59,291 nucleotides of DNA, taken from IMG/VR virus record IMGVR_UViG_3300045996_001841, positions 1 through 59,291 of that record; one strand, 5' to 3'. The stretch's first letter is position 1. Each line of letters starts with the position of its first letter. The notes under the pieces were generated by a model. The model made no database searches, was not told the origin of the DNA, and worked only from the letters and a program-made list of their open reading frames with translations. A program made the translations under genes and the position numbers. This stretch comes from a virus (taxonomy: Duplodnaviria; Caudoviricetes). Of this stretch, positions 44,073-51,963 are shown one piece after another.

Positions 44073-45019
44073 TACTGCACCTCAAACTGCGCGATCCCGG
44101 TGACCGCGGTGTTGTTCGCGCTCGCGGTCCAGGCCGTCAGGTCGCGCTTTCGGATGATCATTGTCGTGCCGCCGGCGACCACAACCCACGTGCCAGAATC
44201 ACGAACGCCGTTGTCCGAGATGTCGAGGGCTGCGGCACCCATCTGACGCGCCGCAACAAACCCTCCAGGGATCGCCAACAACAGGTCGGTGCCGAGCACG
44301 CCGCCGACCGACGTCGCCGCCAAGGAGAACGCCACCTTGAGCGTCTTCCCGAGCAACGTATACGCGAACGTCACCTGGTCGCCCGAGGCAACCGTCCACG
44401 TCATGCCGCCGGACCCGGTGAAGTTGCCGGCCGCGTGCGTGACCGCGGTCCAATACCCAGCCGCCGCCGCGCGCCCACGCTCGAACATCCCGTTCTGCAC
44501 GTAGAGGCTGTCGATACGATCCGAACTCACCCCGAGGTTGCCGTCGCCGAGGACCAGTCCCTTGCCGCTGTGTGGCAGCAGGAGATACTTCCCGAGGACC
44601 GAGCTGTAAGCGACGCGCACCACCGGGAACGAGTTACGCACCGAGTCCGTGGCGATCTTGTCGGTGATCTGAAACGCCACCTCCGCGGCAGACACGAACC
44701 CGGGCGGGCTGCCGACGTGCACCGCCCACCCACGATCCTCCGCACTCTTGAACGCGACGCCAACATTGTCCGCGCCGACGACATCGTTCAGGTTGTCGGA
44801 GATTTCCACCTGTCCGAACTGTCCGGACCCCGCAGCCTCGAGGTCCCCTTCGGCTACAATGTCCCCCGTCACCGTTACGCTATCTGCCGTAACGGCTGCG
44901 TGACTTCCGTCGTCATGGTGCTCGAGACTCGCCCACCCCTGAATCAGGGCGACCAGTGACTCCAGCTCCGCCCGCGTCGTGGCATCCAGGCGCTCGGCGA
45001 AGCGCAGCGCGATCAGCAT
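44072..45019 (-). CDS. Tail fibre/needle-like protein (no signal peptide)
   Basis: EHHDDGSH motif; C-terminal YTLLGKTLKV.F...L.IP knob domain; follows the nozzle gene. Confidence 0.7.
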   Translation of the reverse strand: MLIALRFAERLDATTRAELESLVALIQGWASLEHHDDGSHAAVTADSVTVTGDIVAEGDLEAAGSGQFGQVEISDNLNDVVGADNVGVAFKSAEDRGWAVHVGSPPGFVSAAEVAFQITDKIATDSVRNSFPVVRVAYSSVLGKYLLLPHSGKGLVLGDGNLGVSSDRIDSLYVQNGMFERGRAAAAGYWTAVTHAAGNFTGSGGMTWTVASGDQVTFAYTLLGKTLKVAFSLAATSVGGVLGTDLLLAIPGGFVAARQMGAAALDISDNGVRDSGTWVVVAGGTTMIIRKRDLTAWTASANNTAVTGIAQFEVQ

Positions 45020-46885
45020 TTAGACACCCAAGTTGCCGCGCTGCAATTCCCACCGCAGCCCGAGCGAATTGACGACCCACGGAGACACCGCACGCGCCGA
45101 CTCGTCGCCGAACTCGATCTGCACGGCGGTGCAACTGCCCATGCGCAGGTCGTCGACCGGCGTGACCACATAGTCCTCCGTCGCCGCGGGCGCCAGGGAC
45201 ACACTGCGGAAGTCGCCGCTCTCGGCGCCGTAGTCGCGCACGATCCGCGCGCTGATCGACACGCCGGCCAGCGCCTCGGAATCGAACACCCCACCCTTGA
45301 TCTCAGAACGTCCGATCAGACTGCCCGGGCGATACGCGCGGGTGAGAACATACGCGCGGAACGTCACGCCCGCGTCGTCGGTCGCCCCATCCTCGTCGGC
45401 GCGCACGATCGCGTGCGTCGCGAACGCGGCCTTCTGCACTCCGAGGTGCGGTTGCTCGTTCCACTCCACGCACGCCGTCACGCTGTCGCCCGGCACGGTG
45501 TGCAGCACGAAGCCGCCCGACTGCGCGTCATACACAATGCGCGTGTCCGGTTCGGTCGCCGCGTCGAGGGCCACGTGCCACCACACCTGGCGCTTCTGTG
45601 CGTGATACACGGCACGCATCGTGACGCTGTTCGATTGGTTCACGCGGCGCCACAACTGTTGGATGTTTTGCCCCAGCTCGAGCACGCCCTGCGGACCGAA
45701 CACGCACGGACCGACCTTCGGATCGGTGAAATAGATGACCGGGCGGCCCTGCGAATCCGTGCCGGCCACCACGGAATCTTTCATGGCGCCGTGTGTGCGA
45801 GAGTAGATCGAGGGCAGATACGCGGCCTGTGCCGCACCGGTGCGCGACAGCCCGTAGATGGTGCTGCGCTTGAACACAATGATCTTGCTCTCGAACCGCT
45901 CCGCTCCAGTGATGCCGCCGTCCGTGCCCGCGTCCAGGTCGATGAAGTTGTCGATCGGGATCCGCTCGTCGTTCCCGATCCCGGGTGCCGCGCCGACCGG
46001 CGACCACACGACACGAGAGTCGAGGTCGTCGTTCTCGTAGTCGCCCATCGCAATGAGTCGGTCCTCGTCCGGCACGAGGATCCGCGCGCTCCGCGGCGGC
46101 ACGTATTCGCCCTCGTCCGGCGACAGCTCGAAATCTGAGGTCGTCACCTGTGCGCTGGTCAAGGAGTCGTCGTAAGTCGCCGTGGCGACCGTGACGCTGG
46201 CGATCTGGTAGAAGTTCGCGTTGTCGACGCTCTCCTCGACAATCCAGTGCGTTTCCGATTCGTTGATCAACGCCGGCCGCGAAATGCGGGCTGACGCGCC
46301 GCTGCCGCTCGGCACGAACGTCTGCGTGCTCGAGGGCTCCGACTGGAGATTGTTCACGGAATCGAACCACCGCGTGCGGTAGTAGCGCGTGTCGCTGAAT
46401 ACGCCGGCGCCCTGGTCCGCCACGGTCGGCGCAGCGGACGTCGCGGCCAGGCCCACACGACGGATCTGCGTGCCGTCGTAGACATGGAGGCGGTTCAGCG
46501 CCGTGCCTCCGGAGGTCGTCGACTGCACCGCGAAGAAGAACTTCCCGTGCAGGCTGACCGCGGAGACGTCCACCCCGAGGAACAGGTCCGCCGGCGTGAC
46601 GCTCGGCGTCGTGTCCGCGTAGGCGTCGTCATAGAACATGAACACGTGGTCCGCGTCGAACGCCCACAACCGGTCGTCATCCGGGTCCGACGTCGGCGTG
46701 TGCACGCCGAACCAGTTCTGCTGCGGCAGGCCCGTCACCGCCGAGGCACACCCGTTCCGCCGGCCCGCAAGCGTCGCGGTCCAATACTCGATGTTCCACG
46801 CCTCCGCGACCTGGTTGTCGCGGATGGTGGCGGGGTGGTTGTCGTTGATTCCACCCCTAAGATCGGTCAGCAGCAGCTCGGGCAT
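45020..46885 (-). CDS. Tail nozzle / stabilisation protein (P22 gp10-like beta-propeller)
   Basis: DLRGGIN...RRNG...SRVVWS...GGITG...IIVFKRSTIY; position after adaptor. Confidence 0.75.
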   Translation of the reverse strand: MPELLLTDLRGGINDNHPATIRDNQVAEAWNIEYWTATLAGRRNGCASAVTGLPQQNWFGVHTPTSDPDDDRLWAFDADHVFMFYDDAYADTTPSVTPADLFLGVDVSAVSLHGKFFFAVQSTTSGGTALNRLHVYDGTQIRRVGLAATSAAPTVADQGAGVFSDTRYYRTRWFDSVNNLQSEPSSTQTFVPSGSGASARISRPALINESETHWIVEESVDNANFYQIASVTVATATYDDSLTSAQVTTSDFELSPDEGEYVPPRSARILVPDEDRLIAMGDYENDDLDSRVVWSPVGAAPGIGNDERIPIDNFIDLDAGTDGGITGAERFESKIIVFKRSTIYGLSRTGAAQAAYLPSIYSRTHGAMKDSVVAGTDSQGRPVIYFTDPKVGPCVFGPQGVLELGQNIQQLWRRVNQSNSVTMRAVYHAQKRQVWWHVALDAATEPDTRIVYDAQSGGFVLHTVPGDSVTACVEWNEQPHLGVQKAAFATHAIVRADEDGATDDAGVTFRAYVLTRAYRPGSLIGRSEIKGGVFDSEALAGVSISARIVRDYGAESGDFRSVSLAPAATEDYVVTPVDDLRMGSCTAVQIEFGDESARAVSPWVVNSLGLRWELQRGNLGV

Positions 46886-47351
46886 CGACTAGGTTCCACG
46901 CCGCACGGAAGTTGGCATCCCACGTTTCAGGGTGTGGCTTGCCCGGCCGCCACCCGTCGATGTATGTATTCCACCCGAGGTTCGACTCGTCGCGCGTTGG
47001 GAGTGGCATCGGCACCGTCCACAGCAACAGCCGCGCAAACCCGCACGCTACGGTGTCGTTGTGCTCGATCGCATCGTGAACCGAGAACGACGTCGCCTCG
47101 GGATAGCCCAATGTCTCGAGGAGGTTCCTCGCGTGCGCGCGAGTCGCCGGGTGCGTCATCACGCCGACAATGCCCCCAAGCTCGAACTGAAAGAACCCGC
47201 GCGCCGGTCCGCGAATCTGCCGACGATGCTTGAACTTCGACTCCTGCAACCCGATCGCCAGCAGCATCGCCGTCGCGCGCTCTGAGCGCATCTTCTCCGG
47301 CAGTAACGAGTAGGCCACGGGGATCGTGTGCGTGAGCGTGTGGATCAACAT
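46857..47351 (-). CDS. Putative lysozyme-fold endolysin
   Basis: LLAIGLQES...RRQ..GPARGFFQFE...FARLLLW...WRPGKP. Confidence 0.7.
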   Translation of the reverse strand: MLIHTLTHTIPVAYSLLPEKMRSERATAMLLAIGLQESKFKHRRQIRGPARGFFQFELGGIVGVMTHPATRAHARNLLETLGYPEATSFSVHDAIEHNDTVACGFARLLLWTVPMPLPTRDESNLGWNTYIDGWRPGKPHPETWDANFRAAWNLVDARAAADRS

Positions 47352-47353
47352 GA

Positions 47354-48019
47354 TTACGTCACGAAGGGTCGACCATAGAAGTTCCACCACCAGGAGCCCT
47401 GCCACAAGTTGTCACCTTGCACGCGATGCAGGTAATTCGACTTGGCGATGAAATACCGCAGCTCACCGGTGCGACGGTTCATCTTCGCTTCGGCCTTGGC
47501 AGCCTCGTCCGGACGCCCGAGGTGATCCATCTCGTCGGCCAGCGCACCGAAGACCAGGATGTCGTGGAAGTCCTCGGGGAACGCGGGCACGTCAACACCC
47601 GACAGATCCGTGCCGGCGACCAGCCCATCGATCTTGATCGCGTAGGCATCGTCGGGCACCGGCAGCAGTTGGATCGTGCAGCCCGTCGCCGTGTAGGCGA
47701 TGACCGCATACGAGTCTGGTGCGCCGCTTAAGGTGTTCGAGGCGTCGATGTTGCGGATTTGATCGAGCGTCAGCTCAGTCAGGATGCGGTTGAGGGATTC
47801 GATGCGGAGCGTCCGTGGCTTGATCACCGCGGGCGTGATCGTCGCCGTGGCGGCGACGGTGTTGACAGAGACGGATCCACCACGGACCCGTCCCATGTTG
47901 ATGGAGGTGACGAGCGCCCGATAGCGCTCGTTGATGAACTCGCCGACGCGCGTTTGCGCGGTGGCCGACGACTGATTCGTGCGGCTCAGAACCCGGCTAC
48001 GAATCTGCGTAAACGTCAC
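47354..48019 (-). CDS. Head-tail adaptor protein
   Basis: MTFTQIRSRV...FINE.Y...LLPVPD..Y...PEDFHDILVFGAL. Confidence 0.8.
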   Translation of the reverse strand: MTFTQIRSRVLSRTNQSSATAQTRVGEFINERYRALVTSINMGRVRGGSVSVNTVAATATITPAVIKPRTLRIESLNRILTELTLDQIRNIDASNTLSGAPDSYAVIAYTATGCTIQLLPVPDDAYAIKIDGLVAGTDLSGVDVPAFPEDFHDILVFGALADEMDHLGRPDEAAKAEAKMNRRTGELRYFIAKSNYLHRVQGDNLWQGSWWWNFYGRPFVT

Positions 48020-48031
48020 GGCCAGCCTCCG

Positions 48032-48472
48032 CTATTCGTCCTCGAAGTCCCCGTTCTTCCGGCGCTTCTTGATCTCCTCCGCCTCTGCGAGGATCTTGGT
48101 GATCAGAATCTCGAACGTCGGGGCGTCACCCATGAGCCGCATCCGCTCCATCATGTCCTTGTTCTTGACACGGACGTAGAGGTTGCGGTCCTTTTTGATG
48201 ACTTCCACCCGGCGGTCCAAGTAACGGCCCGGGGTGACTTTGTTCAGGCCCTCGATCTCGGCGTTGGTCAGCCGCTTATCGGAGCACTTGAAGTCGTTGT
48301 AGTAAATCGCTTCCCACTTCAGCTTCGGCCGCGGGCCGCCCGTGGGATTGAACGGCGTGCGGCGTTCGATCTCGAGGACGGTCTTCTGTCGCCGGCCTCG
48401 AACTTCCTTCGTCAGCTCGGTCAGCGTATCGCTGACTTGCTCGAGCGTGCTCTCAAGCGTTGGTCCTGCCAT
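48032..48472 (-). CDS. Hypothetical protein
   Basis: AGGAG SD; 146 aa. Confidence 0.7.
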   Translation of the reverse strand: MAGPTLESTLEQVSDTLTELTKEVRGRRQKTVLEIERRTPFNPTGGPRPKLKWEAIYYNDFKCSDKRLTNAEIEGLNKVTPGRYLDRRVEVIKKDRNLYVRVKNKDMMERMRLMGDAPTFEILITKILAEAEEIKKRRKNGDFEDE

Positions 48473-48602
48473 GTTGTCGCTCCTGACTGGAGGTGCGCGT
48501 CGGGACTGTGGGCTCCGACAAGCGCTGTGGGGTGCCCCCGGTATTTCTGGCCCCGGGGGCGTTGGCCGTCTCGCTGTTTAAGGTCGCGAGGTTCCTATGT
48601 CA

Positions 48603-49070
48603 CTACGAGCCGAGGTTGTCGGTCGCGAACGGATAGTTCAGTTCGACGGTCGCCACACCACCGCTGATCGCGGAGCGGCCGATCGCGCCGACCACCAGGT
48701 CGCCCGCCACCGCGGCGTCGTCGACCGAGCCGGCCGTCGCGGTCGAGAAGATTTTGCCGTTGTCGGCAAAACCCGCCAGGACCTTCGCGGCAGTGTTCTT
48801 CCCGTAAATCTGGAACCAGCCGTAGCTCGACGCCACAACCGCAGCCTTCGCCACCGCGACGCGGCCAACCGCGTTCGCGACGAGCAGCGTGGTCACGTGC
48901 GCTTCGTCGAAGCTGACCCACGAGCCTGCCTCGCAGGACGCCACGCCCTGGAGGTAGATGAACTCGTTGCCGTCTTCGTCGAACTGGCGCATCCCGAGGG
49001 GGTTCTTCTGCGTCGAGTGGACTTCATCCACCTCACCGACGCTCGCTGACGGATAACCAATCAGAGGCAT
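48603..49070 (-). CDS. Capsid decoration/cement-like protein
   Basis: Follows capsid gene; PLG....DGNEFIY...YGWFQIYG. Confidence 0.7.
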   Translation of the reverse strand: MPLIGYPSASVGEVDEVHSTQKNPLGMRQFDEDGNEFIYLQGVASCEAGSWVSFDEAHVTTLLVANAVGRVAVAKAAVVASSYGWFQIYGKNTAAKVLAGFADNGKIFSTATAGSVDDAAVAGDLVVGAIGRSAISGGVATVELNYPFATDNLGS

Positions 49071-49122
49071 GATGCTGTTCTCCCTGTTCTTACGACAATC
49101 GTTGAATGTGAAAGCGTGTCAC

Positions 49123-49150
49123 CCGGGGAGAGGCGTGTGCCCCTCCCCGG
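49123..49150 (-). terminator. Hairpin downstream of the capsid gene
   Basis: CCGGGGAGGGGC-acac-GCCTCTCCCCGG; weak U tract. Confidence 0.45.
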
Positions 49151-49157
49151 TCAGCGA

Positions 49158-50093
49158 CTACGTGCGGGTCAGCACCGCCAGGCGCGACTTGTTGTTCGTC
49201 TTGCTCTGGAGCACCGAGAACAGCTTCACGACGTAACCCTCGGCGTTCGGCAGCTCGATCGTCTCGCCCTTCTTGCGGAACGCGCTCTTGAACACGGTCA
49301 GCTTGAAGGCCTTGCTGAGGAAGTAGATCCGGGTGCCGCCGTGCTGCGAGAACACGTAACGGGCCGTCTTGAACGCGAGGATTTTGAAGCCCGCGTCCGC
49401 TTGCTGTGAGTCGACGTAGCGCCGGAGATCCTGCTGCGTCGCTTCGTAGATCGCCTGCGTCTCGGCGTCCGAGGCAAGCAGGCTGGGGGACATGCTCGAG
49501 CCCGAGCCCTTCGTGCACTCGTTCCACGCCTCGGTCATCTTCGCTTCGATGTCCGAACCGTTCGAGGCGTAGGTGTCCGAGTGGTTACGCCAGAACAGCT
49601 CGGTCGCGGCGTTGATGCCGCCGACCGTGCCCTGACCGGAGTCGGGGACGATGGTCTGGAGGCCGAGGAACCCATCGGTCGAGGACTGGAACAGCGCTTC
49701 CTCGATCAGGTCATCATGCGAATTGATGCCGTTCTCGAGCAGCGCCTTGACCAGGCTGACCTTCTGGTTCGTCTCGGGGTTCTTCGCCTCGTCGGCCTTC
49801 GACCAGGTGATCGGAATGGAGAGCTGCGCCGGGTCATACTCGGCCGCCGTCAGGACTTCGGTCTTGCTGGTCGAGGTCGGCTGAAGGTCGGTCGCGAGGA
49901 AGCCCGCGTTCTGGTTCCGCTGGTAGTCGAGGGTCGCCTCGATCTTCGGGCCACCGGGGATGCGCTCGATGAGCTTCTGTCGCTCCATCTCACGCATGAG
50001 GGCGGATTCGTGCCACTGGTTCGCGGCCTTCCGCATTTCATTCACGACGTCGCTGTAGGACGCCGCGAGAATCTGGCTGACTGAGAGAGCCAT
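49158..50093 (-). CDS. Major capsid protein
   Basis: 311 aa after scaffold; GG.KI..L.Y...FLGL..IV...GTVGGIN....FWRN...DAGF..L.F. Confidence 0.85.
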   Translation of the reverse strand: MALSVSQILAASYSDVVNEMRKAANQWHESALMREMERQKLIERIPGGPKIEATLDYQRNQNAGFLATDLQPTSTSKTEVLTAAEYDPAQLSIPITWSKADEAKNPETNQKVSLVKALLENGINSHDDLIEEALFQSSTDGFLGLQTIVPDSGQGTVGGINAATELFWRNHSDTYASNGSDIEAKMTEAWNECTKGSGSSMSPSLLASDAETQAIYEATQQDLRRYVDSQQADAGFKILAFKTARYVFSQHGGTRIYFLSKAFKLTVFKSAFRKKGETIELPNAEGYVVKLFSVLQSKTNNKSRLAVLTRT

Positions 50094-50225
50094 GATGGTT
50101 CACCTCGTGAAACACACGTAAACGAGATCACGTCCGTGCAGGACGCACGTCCTGCGTGACTCGCCTGTGTCGCGCGGCGAACGCGGGGATACCGTGGGGT
50201 CGGCGCCGTATCGTGGCGCCAGTCG

Positions 50226-51245
50226 TTACCGTTCGAGCTTCGCCGCGTTGCGCGCGATGATCGCTTCGAGCGGGTCTACACCTTCCGGCACCGCGTTCGG
50301 CGCGGCGGCCGGGCCCGGGCGCGGCACTGCCGCGGCTTCCGGACGTTTGTTCAACTCGGCCAGCAACTCGGCGCGCATCGTGTCGCGGTCCGCCTGCAAC
50401 GCGGGGATGACCACCGCGCGGTAGGCGTCGTCGAGCTGCGCTGACGGGTTCTGCGCCAGGTATTGCTTCATCGCATCTTCGTGCTTGGCGAAGTGCGGCC
50501 AGTTCTTCCGAGCTGTCTCGAGGACGCCGCGTTGTCGCGTGCGGGCCTCGTTGAGCTTCTGCTCGGACCGGAAGCGCTGCTCCATCGGACCGAAGCGCTC
50601 CTCGAACTTCTTCGAGATCCGCTCCTCAGCCTCGGCGGCGGCTTGCGACCGGTTCCATTCGAGCAACTTCTCGATACCTTCCTCGGTATACCCGAGGGTG
50701 CCATCGGCGTTCAGCTTGTCAGGCGCCGGTCGACCGTCGCCAGAGGCTTTCGGGGCCGCGGCGGGAGCGGCGGCCGGCTGTGCCGGAGCCTCGGCTCCCA
50801 CGAGCTGCCGGATGATCGCGCCGATCCGCTCGTCGCCGAGCAGCACCTTCGCGAAGACCTCGGGCCGTTCCTCCGCGATGCGGAACGCCTCGAGGGATTC
50901 TCGGACGTTCGGCTCGCGGGCCCACGCCAGTTCGGCGAGCTGCGCGTTGACCGCAGCCACCGCATCGTCGTGGTCTTTCCGCGCCTTCGCGAGGATGGCC
51001 TCGTGTCGGTCGAGCGGAATCGGTCCCCTGCGGACCGGTTTTGCCACGGGCTCGGTCGGCGCTGTTGCACCAGCGGCGGCCGGGTCGGTGACTGCGGAGG
51101 CCTCAGACGGATCCGACGCTACGGCCGGTTCGGTTGAGGATGAGCCCTCCGCACTAGCTTCAGTTCCAGGGTCAGCAGCGGGTGCAGCTTCTTCGCTTCC
51201 GATGCTGGAGATCGACGCAGAAATCACACTTTCGAGATCGGCCAC
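50226..51245 (-). CDS. Scaffolding protein
   Basis: Low-complexity acidic N-terminus, IPLDRH motif, coiled coils; precedes capsid. Confidence 0.75.
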   Translation of the reverse strand: MADLESVISASISSIGSEEAAPAADPGTEASAEGSSSTEPAVASDPSEASAVTDPAAAGATAPTEPVAKPVRRGPIPLDRHEAILAKARKDHDDAVAAVNAQLAELAWAREPNVRESLEAFRIAEERPEVFAKVLLGDERIGAIIRQLVGAEAPAQPAAAPAAAPKASGDGRPAPDKLNADGTLGYTEEGIEKLLEWNRSQAAAEAEERISKKFEERFGPMEQRFRSEQKLNEARTRQRGVLETARKNWPHFAKHEDAMKQYLAQNPSAQLDDAYRAVVIPALQADRDTMRAELLAELNKRPEAAAVPRPGPAAAPNAVPEGVDPLEAIIARNAAKLER

Positions 51246-51288
51246 AAGGCCTCCGTTGGTGTCGCGGTGTCGGCCGCGGTGTTACGAA

Positions 51289-51573
51289 CTACCGAATCTT
51301 GCCGCGCGTCACGCGACGGCCGGCGATCATCTGGCCCCGGCGCCGCTGTGCGGCGGTCAGGCCCTCGAGGGGATCTGCTTCGACCTCTACCTCGGCGACC
51401 GGCTCGGGCTCAGCGACCGGCTCGGGAGCCGGTGGGGCGAGGTCAGGTTGACCACGCTTGCCATCTTCCTGGTCCCGCTGCGCCATTGGACGCGGGTCAA
51501 CCGGGCGCTTGAAAACCGGATGAAGCTCAGGCTCAACCGGTTCGCTGGCCTCAGAAATCTCTGATTCACTCAT
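51289..51573 (-). CDS. Hypothetical protein (P/E-rich with basic tail)
   Basis: ATGA coupling. Confidence 0.55.
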   Translation of the reverse strand: MSESEISEASEPVEPELHPVFKRPVDPRPMAQRDQEDGKRGQPDLAPPAPEPVAEPEPVAEVEVEADPLEGLTAAQRRRGQMIAGRRVTRGKIR

Positions 51574-51902
51574 CGTCGATACCCGTCACAATTTGGTGGC
51601 TTCGGGGTTTCCCCCATGATCGTCCAGCCGTTCTCGCGCGCCGTGCGTCGAATCTCCGACTTGGAGTAGAACTTCCGCGGGGTCCCGTCTGCGTTGCAGA
51701 TGGCGTTCGTGACTTCGTAGCCACCCGGGATGTCGTCACCGATCACCCCGGGCGCCTGGTTCACGGCGTTCGCCGTCTCGTGCATTGCTTTACCGCATTG
51801 ACATACAGGCTCCGGGTCGTAGTCCCACCGCAGGTCAGTCTTGCGCTCTCCGCATTCGCATGCGAAGTGGCGCAACTTAAAGATTGAACGCTCTGCGCTC
51901 AT
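51570..51902 (-). CDS. Zn-ribbon (FmdB-like) protein
   Basis: FACECG...PVCQCG...SKSEIRR. Confidence 0.7.
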   Translation of the reverse strand: MSAERSIFKLRHFACECGERKTDLRWDYDPEPVCQCGKAMHETANAVNQAPGVIGDDIPGGYEVTNAICNADGTPRKFYSKSEIRRTARENGWTIMGETPKPPNCDGYRR

Positions 51903-51935
51903 GCAGGCACCATCATCTCAACGGCTCTCCGGTAT

Positions 51936-51960
51936 CGCTACAGTGGCACTCGTTTACGGG
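51936..51960 (-). promoter_or_regulatory. Candidate late promoter/operator motif CCCGTAAACGAG-N8-TAGCG, copy 2
   Basis: Matches 575-600; upstream of head genes. Confidence 0.6.
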
Positions 51961-51963
51961 TGG

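Noticed and set aside
31472-47351. Diversity-generating retroelement targeting fibres
   Set aside because: No reverse transcriptase and no template/variable repeat pair were noticed.
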